Below are positions 37,500-50,800 of a DNA stretch of 64,000 nucleotides, piece by piece. Source of the DNA: Octopus sinensis (lineage: Eukaryota); the NCBI RefSeq assembly GCF_006345805.1, contig NC_043013.1, positions 2,976,001 through 3,040,000 of the forward strand, written 5' to 3'. How positions within the stretch are numbered: position 1 is the stretch's first letter; every line of letters starts with the position of its first letter. Below the pieces are notes generated by a model. The model saw only the letters and a list, made by a program, of their open reading frames with translations, was not told the DNA's origin and did no database searches. The position numbers and the translations under genes are program-made.

Positions 37500-38715
37500 C
37501 CAATGCTACAGCATCAAGTCTTTTACCATGTCTTTTTAATCCTCCATCAGAACTGCACACTTTTCCACAGGTTGCACATGTTGTGTTGTCAACAATAGCT
37601 GTATCATAATTTACAAAGGTCGCTTTCATGGCTGACTAGACCTACATGATTTAAGCATTTCCGCCTACAAATCCCACTCGTAAAAATCAAAAGTCCATTT
37701 TCTACTGGTTCATGTTTTCTAAATTTTCTCCTGATCTTCTCATCCTTCATTCTCTCTCTTTCAAACTTCGAGCAATTACTGCGCACTATTTTCCTCCATC
37801 TATTTCGGTCTTGTGCTTCTCTCTCCCAATCAACATAGGAAATTCTTGTTTGTGTCAAAGCAGTTTTAAGGCAGACTTTGAACTTCATTTTGGGTTTATG
37901 TGCTGGCTTTTTACTATCTTTCAGCTCACCCTACAAAAGTTGCTTAGGAAGTCTTTTGTTATTCATTCACACTAGATGTCCACCCCCAACTCAAACGACT
38001 TTGCAGAATGATCGATTCTACACTCCTACTGCAACTTCTCTCAAGTACCTCTACATTACTGATTGCCATTTTCCAGTTTATCCCAGAAATTTCCCGAAGA
38101 CAATGTTGATGAAATCGTTCTAAATGCGTCAAATGTTTACGATAAATAATTCACGTCTCACTTCCATAGAGCAATGATGACAGAATACGTGTAATATACC
38201 TAAACCTTAGTTCAGATAGATATGCTAAGACGTGGCCAGAGACTCTTGACAAGACTGTCAAAGGCACCACTAGCTTTGCTGATTCTATATGAAATTTCAT
38301 TATCAAGACCTGCAGTGCTCAGAGTACTTCCTCAATACACAAAGTTGGTTACAACTTCTAACTTTTGTCCATATACAGGCACCAGAACAGCTTTCTTCAA
38401 GTTACTTGCAAGGTCCAATGCTGCACATGCTGTAGAAATCGCATTCATCATGCGTTGCATATCTTCCCGGGAATGCGCTAACAGGTCACAACCATTTGCG
38501 TACAAGAACTCAGTGATGTGAGATTGAAGAACTTTTGCTTTGGCACAAAGTCTTTTGAGGCTGAAAAGTTTTCTCGCTGTCCTATATCTTATATAGACCC
38601 CTTCTGCACAATTTCCGAAGGCTATTTGAAAGATTATTGTAAAATATAGAGCAAACAAGGTAGGAGCGGGAATATCATCTTGTTTCACACCAATTTCTAC
38701 ACGGCAGGTTCAATC
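37500..38715 (-). mobile_element. Decayed RTE-clade LINE, 3' part
   Basis: GVKQDDIPAPTLFALYF, EFLYANGCDLLAHS (degenerate YADD), DWEREAQDRNRWR, then CRRKCLNHVGLVSH and TCATCGKVCSSDGGLKRH. Confidence 0.85.
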
Positions 38716-38939
38716 TTAGACGAAAAGAAAGAAGGGAAAGGTCTGACAATAATTTTAGGCAGCCATTGAGTTCGTACAGTATTAAATTACTTGGCATCTA
38801 TCAAACAACTTCAACAAAAATTAATTCATTCACTAAATACTCAAAAACCGAAGAGAACAACACAGTGGAAGTTTTCTAGAAATATTCTCTCCTCGTAAAC
38901 CTTCCGTGCGATCCCATTCTTGAGAGACGTACCTCACTC

Positions 38940-39540
38940 AAGAGCTGTAAGATAAACATAAAGATTATGTATCGACATGTTCCCTTAAAAACTTGGGGGT
39001 GATCCTAATACTAACATGAAGTGTAGCCTCTCTTGGACACGTGATTGTTACATAACGTCACATATCGAAGGTTATGCTTCTGTAATCCAAGAGCAGGAGA
39101 TAGCAACGCAATAACTAATGACAGTGAAACGTTTAAACCCCCAAGATGCGATGAAAATTGTCGATTATATCACATTACTGTACAAGATGTTATACATGTG
39201 ATCGGCATCTACCCGAAAATGTCATTAAGGCACAACTATCCAATGAGTCATGATATTGTTGCTAAAACAACGTGCAATGCGATTCGTGGAAGTAACTGCC
39301 CTGGGATAAATATAGGGAATATCTCTGTTGTTGTATACATACGCATCAGCTCAAGAAAGAGTGGAAGTTTCCCATCTAAACTTTCGACAACAGCGAACAT
39401 AACGGGAAGATATACTTGTCTGACACACAAATGAAATACTATGTGGAGAAATATCTTCTGAAATAAGATAATTTACATTCCGTCTCCATACCTCCAGGTC
39501 ATCCCGGAGAAGACCATCCACAACGATAAAGGTATGGCCT
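38940..39540 (+). mobile_element. Decayed R4/Dong-like RLE element, distinct subfamily
   Basis: ITSHIEGYASVIQEQEIAT, DENCRLYH..VQDVIHVI..YPKMS..PMSHDIVAK: a degenerate CCHC region preceding the RLE. Confidence 0.65.
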
Positions 39541-40099
39541 TTCATACATTGCTATTCAGTTTGTAGGTTCAAAGCAAACTTACAGTTAATAGTCTTTTCC
39601 TCTAATCTCCTACGGCAACAAAGCCTTTAACTGACCTCTCGTTCTTCGTGCTTTACCTGTAATTGTCTCGTTGGCAGAACCCGTAAATTTTGGTTAGTCT
39701 GGTTCGTTAATTCACTGTTATTGAATTGTATGACGTTTTTCTTTTATCTGATGATAAATACTGGATGGAGACGCAAAAGAGACGGTATATGTTTTGTTGG
39801 GAAGGGAGGTAATTCATTTTGTTTGCGTGCTGTCCACTTTCACTTGAACTCTGTTACTCTTATTTGTTAGTGAATGGTAATTGCAGTCAATGCTACAAGA
39901 TATTCAGTACCCCAAAATTGGGAACTTCAGTTCGAACTAGTCCTTTAGCAACTTAGTCGATCATAGATAACATCAAATCAGTCAAGTCGACTCATGTCAT
40001 GATCAGTCTTTTATTTAGTACGAAGTTCTCCTTAAATCTTGCCATGAGCTTTTTTTTGAGCTGAGTCTATTCTGCTTCACTGTCTCTTTACCTCTCTCT

Positions 40100-40152
<53 letters not shown>

Positions 40153-41085
40153 TTCTCTTTCTTTCTCTTTTTGTTTGATCGTTGATTGTAAGTGGTTAAC
40201 GCATTTTAACGTAATGCTGGCAATTCTGTCTCTGCATTATTATTTTCTGTTTTTTGCTTTGATTGTGAATCACGTTTTTAGCAATTTCTCAAAAGGAGAA
40301 GCTATCGAGCTGTTGACACATTTATTTGCTGCGATTTTGGGGAGTTGATTTTTGCCAAGTAGAGTAACATATACCTTCTCAACGGAAGTGGATTGCTCAT
40401 ACAGTTGCTTCTCTCGGAAATATAAGTAGTAGTAACGATATTCTACATACATACCAATAGCTCACCAGTCTCCTCATGTAATCTATTCTCTAGATTCTTT
40501 CTACATATGGTATAGGTTATGGTTCAGATGAAAGCCTACTGGAATTTCTCTTAATAAATGCGATAGTTGAACCCGGTTTCCTGTTTTTCTATGGCACATG
40601 AAGTAGGAATCCACGTGCTATCTATAGCTTAATTTTTATGTATACTGCTATTGTCTTCTCTAAACAGGTGCTAATTTGTATTTGACCAAAGAAGATAAAC
40701 AGTTTTGTTTTCATTTTTAATTAGGCTTGTATTTATGGTAAATGTTTGTGGGGAAGTATTCATTACACGTACAGATGACTGGTACCCCTTTCTGGTCACG
40801 GACTTTGACACCGTATGAATATATGAATGTTTGTATGCGTGCATGCTTTCGCTTTCTGATTGCAGTTTCAAAGTTTGTTTTGACTGGCCACCTGCTCCGT
40901 GGCAACATTGTAAGAAATTATACAAAAGTAAGTTAAAGATGGGGGCAGGGATCCTGTTCTTTTCGTCATTACTTGCGCAACTGTTCACACTAATATATAT
41001 ATATATATATATGCAAAATTAATAGGGGTCACAAAATTTAGGTTCAAATTGCTAACATGCCACTCATTTAATCTGTTATATTATA

Positions 41086-41134
<49 letters not shown>

Positions 41135-41234
41135 ATATATATATTTATAAATAAGGATAATATCGATACTTAAATATCGATATTATCAAGTGGCCAGCAT
41201 GGAAAAAAATACCGTACAAAGGTAATTTTTTTAC

Positions 41235-41564
41235 AACTAAAAATAAGGGTGTCTGAGAGACACCACCATGCCGAAATAGCGGTCAAAACCCTGACTTTCG
41301 TATATGTAAGTATAACGTTTGTTCTGCATATATATATCTGTATTTATGTACTTTTAATATATTCAACTGATGACGGTAAAGCTTATTTAAACCAAAACCA
41401 GAAATCCTGGATCTTGAATTATTCAATAATATTTTTTGCTAGTCTATTTTGTCCCTCTGTCTTATCTCATGATACGATATGAACATTTAACGTGGTTTTT
41501 AAAGTCTGGGTTTTGACTGCTATTTCGGCATGGTGGTGTCTCTCAGACACCCTTATTTTTAGTT
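41235..41564 (+). mobile_element. Mini PLE-type remnant: inverted 64-bp terminus + pLTR
   Basis: 41235-41298 is the reverse complement of 41501-41564 with 2 mismatches; internal hammerhead-like motif; followed by (TA)n. Confidence 0.65.
41361..41419 (+). ncRNA. Fossil type-I hammerhead motif
   Basis: attcaa CTGATGA c GGT..ACC aAAA CCAG aaatc CTGG a tc ttgaat: stem I 6 bp, stem III 4 bp; G12-to-A change and one extra A before TC. Confidence 0.5.
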
Positions 41565-41576
41565 CTATATATATAT

Positions 41577-41632
<56 letters not shown>

Positions 41633-41638
41633 TATTAT

Positions 41639-42010
41639 ACTAGCACTATGACCCGGCAACGCTGAGTCATAGTGCTAGTGCATGCATATACAGCTGCGTG
41701 CGTGCGCACATACACGCGTGTACTGTCCAAATCTCTGACCAATCACATACAGCTAGCTGGCATTCAATTAGCGTATCAAGTTTCGGGCATTTTGATTGGG
41801 TTTTGGATAGAAAATTCACAAAAATGTCACTTCTATTGATTTTTTTAATGACTTTGCTGGGTGATTGGGGAAATGTAAAGATGTGCACGACCACTCTTGG
41901 ACGGTTTTGAATGACCATAGAAAGTGCGAGCCCTCTAACTGAAAAATTGTGGATTTGTATAAAGGACACACGCACAGACATTTTGCCGTATATATATATA
42001 GAGAGAGATA
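41639..42010 (+). mobile_element. Helentron/HINE-like non-autonomous element
   Basis: Starts with a perfect 14-bp hairpin actagcactatgac (41639-41652) / gtcatagtgctagt (41666-41679); ends acagacattttgccgtatatatatatagagagagat. Confidence 0.55.
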
Positions 42011-42083
42011 TATATGTATATATGTTTGTATGTGTGTGTGTATGTGCGTATGTGCGTATGTGTTTGTGAGTTTGTGTGTGTAA

Positions 42084-43530
42084 GTACTTTGATATTTTTC
42101 TATACTCCTCATTTTAATGTTTTCATCATTTGGGACTGTCAAGGCAATTATCTGGCACTTTCTATTCTCTTTATCTACTTCTACTAAATCATGCCTTCTA
42201 GCTTCTATTACTCTGTCAGTCTGAATGTTGAAGTCCCACAACATCTAATATTTCTTACTTTCTAGCACATTACTAGGTTTCATGTTCATACCATTTATCA
42301 GTTTGGTCAAATCCTAGCTTTCTACATAACTCCCAGTGGATTACTCTTCCTAGGTAGTCATGTCTTTTCTTGTATTCTTTCTGTGCCAGCATTCACTTAC
42401 TATATGAGTAACGCTTTACTCTTTTGATTTGCATAGCCTACATTGGGAATCTACTTGGTTTTTGTCTATCTTGGATTTTATCCAGTTAGTCCTAAGTGCT
42501 TGATCTTCGGCTCTCCCTTTTCAGCCTTTCTTTCTGCAACCATTACCACGGTTCACTACAACTAGTTGCTGCAACTATCTTTGGGAATCTACCATGCAAA
42601 GCCTTCTCTTGCTAGTCAGATAACTTCTGTTCTTTTTTCTGGCTTTTAACTTCGTTTGGGTTTTTGGTTTCCCCATATCTTGCTGTGACACTAGCAGCTT
42701 TTAGTAAACTTTCTTCATTATTACCCACATAGGAGTGGGTAATACTACTCTAGCTCACTCCATGCAGTCTTCTACTGACATTAGCCCTCTTCCACATTTC
42801 TTTCTAGATAAGTATAATCTTGCTAATCCTGCCTTTGGGTGGAGCTTTCCATTCATATTGAATTCTTTCCTAGTTCTTCTGTCTAGCTTTGCTAATTCAG
42901 TTTTTGCCCAATCTACAAAAGCTGCTGAGTATCTAAGTAATGAAACTACTAAATTATTTACAACCTTCACTATATTCGGACTATTTCGGTTTGATTCCAT
43001 TAGCTTCCTCACGCTTCTGATGTACTCCTTCTCAATTTTCGTTTTCGTTTCTATAGTTCTATAGTTTCATTTCTATAGTTCTAATCTGTCGGATTCTAAT
43101 GCTCTTAGATACTTATAGCTCTCTCCTCCTTTCAATGATATTCATGTCTGGCCATCTTGTTATTGGATGCCTTCACTTTTAACCACCTGTCCCCTTCACA
43201 TGACTAATATTGCACACTTATCTATGCCAAATTCCATGCCTATATCTTTGCTGAAGTGTCTTACAGTCTGTATAAAGGAATCTATCTATTTTCATTCTTA
43301 CTTCAAATCACCCATGTAGAGCAAATGATTAATTTTTTCCTTACTATTTCTGAACTGATGCCCTGCCTTTGCCTTCCTTAATACAAAACTGATAGGGGGC
43401 AAATATAAAACATATATTAAAGGGAATAAGGAGTCCCCTTGGAAAATTCCTCTCTTGATATTAACTTTCCCTAATAATGTGTCACATGAGCAGAGATCAA
43501 TCTATTTTTCATGCTAAAGCTAATTGATTA
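42084..43530 (-). mobile_element. R4/Dong-like non-LTR element fragment (RT + CCHC + RLE)
   Basis: KRGIFQGDSLFPL, NHLLYMGDLK, KLHPKAGLARLYLSRKKCGRGLMSVEDC, LWDFNIQTDRVIEARRHDLV..DKENRKCQII..VPND, EKYQ. Confidence 0.9.
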
Positions 43531-43534
43531 TCTA

Positions 43535-43537
43535 TTA

Positions 43538-43626
<89 letters not shown>

Positions 43627-43630
43627 TATT
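43535..43630. repeat. (TTA)n microsatellite
   Basis: Direct reading; source of the poly-Leu ORF. Confidence 0.95.
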
Positions 43631-44102
43631 GAGTGCGAGTGCAGTGCATGCCATCAAAGTGACACTGGGGTAAAATATATGAAGCCCAGTATACCTCATC
43701 ATGACTACCCTTCTGATAAGGGTACACCAGGTACATGCATCACAACCATACGTGCGAGACATGGTGATCTCATATCAAGATAAACAGGCATGGCCTTGCA
43801 GGTGGGGCCCAAGTTAGAATTTTCTTCTGGTCGAGTAGCCCATCCCGCTCAAAAGGTCTCTGAATAAGGATTGTTTAAGGATGATGAACGAACCACCCCT
43901 GTTTCCAAAGGGGAATTATCCAAACCTCCAAGAATTCCTTTCAACACACGGCTATGATGCTCCCCAACTACTTCTGCTTGTGATCAGAGATGCACATATC
44001 GTCAGCCACTAAGGGACATGCTCAACTGGTTAAGGTCAAACAACTGACAAGCAAATCTGTGGTATTGAGCAGAATATTTGCTGTAGCCCATCTTTTGTAC
44101 CA
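43631..44102 (-). mobile_element. T element, full length, (TAA)n on both sides
   Basis: Reverse complement collinear with 61601-62071. Confidence 0.88.
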
Positions 44103-44161
<59 letters not shown>

Positions 44162-45718
44162 TTTAAAAAAGGATTGACGTAACTCTTCACAAAGGTAAAT
44201 AGTCAAGACGAAGAGCGAGATTCGATTGTAAGATATTTTGTACCTGTCTAAGACTTGTCGGTGTCTATATCTAGCTAAGGAAATCTTCGCTTCTGTTTCG
44301 CTGTCAGTTTGGGGTGGGATACATACCCTTTTGCTGAAGGGTAGGTTTGTGGGGGTAGATCCTCGTCATGTCAAACGATCTGTTGTTGGGGTTATAGAAG
44401 ACAGAGTGTACAGTGTTGTTATTGTTGTTGTTATAGTTACTGGCATTGTTGTTGCTATAGGTGGTGCTGGTGGTGGTGGTGTGCCCATTGTTGCTGTTAT
44501 TGTTGTGGGTGGTGTTGTGGGTAGCGGTGTGGATGATGTTGTTGGTATTGTTGTCTGTGTGTGGGATGTTGTTGTCATTGTTGCTGCTGCTATTATCATC
44601 ATTATTGTTGTTGTTATTATAATAGTTGTTTCTCTTTCGTATGCTTGTGTTGTTGTTGTTGTTATAGTTGTTTGAGTGAGGAATGTTGTGGTTATCATTG
44701 CTGTTATTGTTATTGCCACTATTGTTGTTGTCATATGTGTATATATATATGTATACACACACACACGCACACACACACACACAAACACACATAAGTTTTA
44801 TTATGTATTTATTTTACGTCTTTTATGAAACACATCTCTCACGAGAAAAGAGAAACCACGATGTTATTCTACCCACCAAGATAAGTGCAGAGGCACACAC
44901 ACACACACACACACACATACACACACATATACATACACGCAGCCGTATACATGCTTCTCTTTCCCCCTCTCTCCCCCTCTCTCCCCCCCTCTCCTCTCTC
45001 TCTGAATATATATGCATATATTTATACATATTTATATTTATACACATGCACCTACCCACATACACACGCGTGAGTGCGTGCATACACACGCACACATGTT
45101 TATGTATAGATACATAAATAATTACGTATGTACATACACGATGGTACACACCCGCACGCATACCTCGGTGTGCATACTCGCGCATATTTGCGTGCATTTA
45201 TTTACCCATGCGTCTCTACAACGACGCCATAACTGGTGACCATGTTTTCTCTGTTCAAAGGCGCCGAGCAAGAAACGGTGTGAAAGCAGAGGAGCCGACA
45301 CAAACGTACAGACACACAACAGTACATATACTGGCGTACACAAACCCCTTCACACATACATGTACACACATACATGTGCGGATATATATATATATATATA
45401 CATATACGCATACATACGCATCTATATAGATGCACTGTAAACACACATACGTACATGAATTCATACATAGACAGGCACACGACGATACACATACGTTGCA
45501 TGTCTCGTTCCCATCGCTAAAAATGACAATTTGAAACGGTGTTTAACGAAATGGAAATATAAGACATGTGAGAACAAGCAATATACTCGGGTACCTCTGA
45601 ATTGTTGCTTGACCTTCTAGAAACAGCGGCTAAATATTCTTAAACTCACAACCTACCGTCATAAAAAAAGAAAAGAACATAGAATAAGATGATCTTATCT
45701 AGAAGGAATTCGGCAATT

Positions 45719-46040
45719 TGTGGAGGCACATGGCCTAGTGGTTAGAGCAGCGGACTCGCGGTCGAGGGATCGCGGGTTCGAATCTCAGATCGGGCGATGT
45801 GTGTGTTTATGAGCGAAAACACCTAAGCTCCACGCGGCTCCGGCAGAAGGTAATGGCGAACTTCTGCTGACTCTTTTGCCACAACTTTCTCTTACTCTTT
45901 CTTCCTGCATCTTGCAGCTCACCTGCGACGGACCGGCATCCCGTCCTGGTGGGGAACCCATACGCCAAGAAAACTGGGAAACCGGCCCTTATGAGCCACG
46001 CATGGCTCGAGAAGGAACAAACAACAACAACAACAACAAC
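45719..46040 (+). mobile_element. SINE family C, young, 12-bp TSD
   Basis: A box tggcctagtgg, B box ggttcgaatc, (AAC)n tail; TSD aattcggcaatt at 45707-45718 and 46041-46052. Confidence 0.92.
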
Positions 46041-46290
46041 AATTCGGCAATTACAGTAACAGAAGTGATATACCATTTTTCATGAAGCATGTAAATTCAA
46101 AGACGATGACTTTAACAACAACAACTACAACATCCATTAACAATGACAACAATAGCAACAATATGCTGTTTGAAATCAACAAGAATTATTCAAATACAAT
46201 TTCATCAAATCAACGCCATTTTACATTTAGCAGAACACAAAATGACGAAACGAATACGCCTTCAGTGTTCTTGCAAGTAAAAGATCTTCT

Positions 46291-46890
46291 ATCTTTTATT
46301 CATTTCAGTGATTAGACTGCGGCCATGCTGGGACACCGCCTTGTAGAACTTTTTAGTCGAATGAATCGACCCAAAGTACTTATTTTTTAAGCTTGGTACT
46401 TACTCTATCAGTTTGTTTTTCCGAACCGCTAGGTTATGGGGACGTAAACAAACCAACGCCGGTTGTCAAGACACACACACTCACACACATACACACACAC
46501 ATATATATATTCATATATGTGTGTGTTTGTATGTATATGTGCCTACTTGTTCATACACCTGTCTTCGTCTTTTATTTTTCGTACTGTAAATATATCGATA
46601 TAGATATATATTATAGATATATATATATATCGATATATATAATATATATATATACATACATATGTATGTATGTATTGTATCTATGTATGTATATATATAC
46701 ATACATTATATATATACATGCATATATATACGAGGGGCTTCTTCCAGTTTCCGTCTACCAAATTCACTCACATGGCCTTTGGTCAGCCCGAGGCTTTAGT
46801 AGAAGATACCTGCCCAAGGTTCTACACAATGAGACTGAACGCAGAACCATGTGGTTAGGAAGCAAGCTTCTTACCATACAGCCAATTCCT
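46291..46890 (-). mobile_element. SINE family A with long internal microsatellite/PLE-like scrap
   Basis: A tail at 46291-46470 and A head at 46730-46890. Confidence 0.75.
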
Positions 46891-47229
46891 TGTGACATTT
46901 GTTCTGGATCTTTACATTCTAAGTTCAGATCCCATCGTGGTCAACTTTGCCCTTCATTCTGTCGAAGACGATTAAATAAAATGGTATTAACTAACAGCCG
47001 CTCCTAAAATTGGTGTCCCTGTGGCTCAATCAGGGAATGCTATTGCTACTGATATTTTCTGAATGCCGTTGTCTGTTTGTGCTACATAGATTTCATAGCT
47101 TAGTGAGAAGGAAGGGATTATAAGCATCATTTTCGCAGATCCCTTTGAGACTGGTAAAATTAGGATGACTGATAATCTGATAAAAGATTAGATAAAATGT
47201 AAGTTGAGAAGAAATTCCAGAAAATTGTT

Positions 47230-47470
47230 GTTCCACTTGGAAGGATTGGTCGAAATATTTAATGTAGGAACTGCTGTGGTGATGAGAGAAGAAAGAACAA
47301 ACGTTTCGATGTTGCGTGGATTAGTTGTCAACATTTGGCGATTGGTCTTTTCCAAGCTTCCATTTTGTTACATCTCATTGGGGTCACATCATCTGGTCTT
47401 TTGTCATCAGTACAACACAAACCGGCTGGATCGAGAACAGGCGGATTATTGCTTACGGAAAATACCCATT
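47230..47470 (-). mobile_element. Possible decayed CRE-like RLE domain
   Basis: VLDPAGLCCTDDKRPDDVTP resembles the EPxGL..DGKRPDG RLE motif; a downstream IET resembles P.A.ET.G. Confidence 0.3.
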
Positions 47471-47589
47471 TCATCCTCCTATTGATTTCCGAGTATTCTG
47501 GAAACCTACAGGCATTTTCAGACTGGAGAAAAATATGTTATCCCAAATAATCCACAGATATACTGTAATAACATTTACAAAATATTTAT

Positions 47590-47892
47590 TGTTTGTTCCT
47601 TCTCGAGCCATGCATGGCTCATAAGGGCCGGTTTCCCGGTTTCTTAGCGTATGGGTTCCCCACCTGGATGGGACGCCGGTCCGTCGTAGGTGAGCTGCAA
47701 GATGCAGGAGGAAAGAGTGAGAGAAAGTTGTGACGAAAGAGTCAGCAGAAGTTCGCCATTACCTTCTGCCTGAGCCGCGTGGAGCTTAGGTATTTCGCTC
47801 ATAAACACACACATCGCCCGATCTGAGATTCAAACCCGCGATCCCTCGACCGCGAGTCCGCTGCTCTAACCACAAGGCCATGTGCCTCCACA
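47590..47892 (-). mobile_element. SINE family C, young, 12-bp TSD
   Basis: Near-identical reverse complement of 45719-46022; TSD caaaatatttat at 47578-47589 and 47893-47904. Confidence 0.92.
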
Positions 47893-48399
47893 CAAAATAT
47901 TTATACGGAACAAATATCAGCTGCACCCACTCTCAGTGCTAGTGTTATTCTTAATTTATTGGGTTGATCCTCACGGCCAAATACTTGACTTCTAGACTAA
48001 TATTCGGTACAATGACTGCTGATTACAATCCGATAACAAACATACTAAACACTTAAATATGGATTTATCCTATTGATCATTGCCATATTCCTTCTGAAGA
48101 CATCACCCTGTGCAGACGTGTGACGCATCCCTTGAAAATTAGCGCCAAAAACACCAGTATTGTTTATAACCAAAGTACTTGTCTCACAGCAACTAACTTT
48201 CAGAAGGAGAAAGACATGAATACTTACGTGGTGTAGTGTGTACAACTACCATGTGCAAACGGCGGGATTTTTCTTAGAGAAGATATTAATTATATAAACA
48301 AAAGGAATTTTTTTTTCTCGGTGACAATGACTAGGCTCACACCGTCAGGGACAAGTAACTCTTATGTGGTCCGAGGAAGACGGTTCTGCAATTTCGCAC

Positions 48400-48652
48400 C
48401 GAACAACCTGTACAGATGATTTGTTTATGGTGATCAAATGTTTGTGCTGTGCATTTTGCCCCCTCCTCCCGTCAAATCGGTGTTGCTTGGGTCGGTGCTC
48501 GATATGCCATACGTCAGATGTCAAAGTGATTATGAAGCAATGTGGGATGAAGTGTTTGCCTCAAGAACACAACGCAACTACCATACCAGGAATTAAAGCC
48601 ACGACCTCGCGATCGGGAATGGAACACCATTACCACCGAGCCACGTGCCTTC
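48400..48652 (-). mobile_element. Degenerate SINE with a family D-like head
   Basis: tcaagaacacaacgc...cacgacctcgcgatcggg...ccgagccacgtgccttc parallels 20600-20691. Confidence 0.55.
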
Positions 48653-49745
48653 GACGTCAGCTCCTAAACGCATTGAGCATGCATCAACACAATTTCAGAA
48701 TGAGTAGTTGCATGCGTCTGGCGTTGCATATTATAATTATTCTGTATGTGCGTGTGCGTACGTGTGTGTGTGTATGTGTGTGTGTGTGCATATGTGCTTG
48801 TCTTCGTGTGAAATTAGAGTATCTGTATGGGGTTAGCTTGGGCGGGTTTGTCAATGTATGTTCCTGGTTATCTGTGGGATAAGCGATTAATAACTATGTT
48901 GTGTCTTTTTATTGGTGTGTGCGTCCGTGTGTGAGTGTATTAGTGTGTGGGTGAGAGTATTTACGTACATACATGTGTGTGCAAGTTTTCAGTTGAAGAT
49001 TGTTGTAAATTATTGCAAGTAAAATATTAGACACGGAAAAACTTTTAAGGGACAGGATAGCCAAAGATTTATGGGGGCTTTTAATAGTGGCATCATATTA
49101 CGCATCATGAATTCATGTTTGTGCTCTCTGGTCGATTTTCTATGCGTGTGTATGTCTGTGTGTATGTCTGTGTGTATGTCTGTGTGTATGTCTGTGTGTA
49201 TGTTTCTGTGTATGTCTGTGTGTGCCTCTCGGGTGGTTGTGTAAATACATGTGTAAGTGTAATCAGACTACTTGGTGTATGATTGTGTGTGTTGTGTTTT
49301 ATGCGCTTGTATTTATGAGTGCATGTTGTGTATGTGCTGTGATACAGTGTTACGTTAGTGTGTCTGCATATTTCGGTAGAGATGTAAGCTTTTGTAGCTA
49401 TCGTTTATGGTTGGGTTTGTGGTCAACATTGGTGTTACTACTTTTGTGTATGTGTATGCGTTCGTGTCAATGTGCATCCTTGCAGGTGTGAGATTAGTAT
49501 CACGCCATGTGTGTGTACAGGTTCTGTGTTGTGTTTGGTGTTGGGATGTGTGCACGTCAACGGTTTGGGTGTGCGCGAGTTGAGATTTACAGCACTAAGT
49601 AACATAGCTGTGTGTGTGGGTGTGTGCGGGATGTGCTTGTATGTGTGTGTACATGTGTGTGGATGAAGGGAGCATATGTAGGTGTGTGCATGTGGGAAAA
49701 CATGTACACACACCACGTGTATATGTGTGTATGTGTATGCATGTA

Positions 49746-49920
49746 TCTATATATATATAAAACCGAGAATGTCTGTCTGTCTGTATGTGTGCATCACTAA
49801 AACTCGAGAACTACCCAATCGATTTCATTCAAATTTTACACATGCTTTACGTATGGTCCATGCAGTGTCATGGGCCAAAGCAATGTTCAACGCCATGCCT
49901 AATGCTCGCCCGGAACGATC
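49746..49920 (+). mobile_element. Possible Helitron-type non-autonomous 5' portion
   Basis: TC start tctatatatatataaaaccgagaatgtctgtctg...ctcgagaactacccaatcgatttcattcaaatttt; no 3' CTRR seen. Confidence 0.3.
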
Positions 49921-50136
49921 TCTTATCGCTTACACTATTTCAGTATTACGTGTCAAAAGTGAAACAATAACATCTCTATTGTAATGTGAGATAATACTTT
50001 CAGTTGTAATAGTTTTATTATTAATACTTTCAGTATGTATTTGATATATACATAGTGAATCTATTATCTCACATATACACATGCATATATATATATAATA
50101 TGCATATATATGTGTGTATACATCTGCACATATATA

Positions 50137-50218
<82 letters not shown>

Positions 50219-50441
50219 ATATATAGATGTATATGCATATATGTATATATGCAAATTATATAATATATATATGTGTTGTGTGTGTGTTGTGTGTGTGTGT
50301 GTGTGCGTGTGTATGTATGAATGTATGTCTATGCATTTAATGCGTATCTGAAAGCCTGCATTGAATATGTATGTGTGTATGTATTTGCATTTATTCGTAG
50401 ATGTGGATGCACACATACCTACGTGCATCGTAGGTGTGGAT

Positions 50442-50800
50442 GCACCGCCTTTAGTCGAGCAAATCGACCCCGGGACTTATTCTTTGTAAGCCCAGTACTT
50501 ATTATATCGGTCACTTTTGCCGAACCGCAAAGTGACGGGGACGTAAACACACCAGCATCGGTTGTCAAGCAATGCTAGGGGGACAAACACAGACACACAA
50601 ACATATACACACACACTTATATATATATACATATATACGACAGGCTTCTTTCAGTTTCCGTCTACCAAATCCACCCACAAGGCATTGGTCGGTCCGGGGC
50701 TATAGCAGAAGACACTTGCCCAAGATGCCACGCAGTGGGACTGAACCCGGAACCATGTGGTTGGTTAGCAAGCTACTTACCACACAGCCACTCCTGCGCC
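50442..50800 (-). mobile_element. SINE family A, near full length
   Basis: Reverse-complement A sequence ending cacacagccactcctgcgcc. Confidence 0.9.

Noticed and set aside
45719-45800. tRNA gene call for SINE heads
   Set aside because: A and B boxes are present, but there is no complete cloverleaf or acceptor stem, and they continue into SINE bodies with TSDs.
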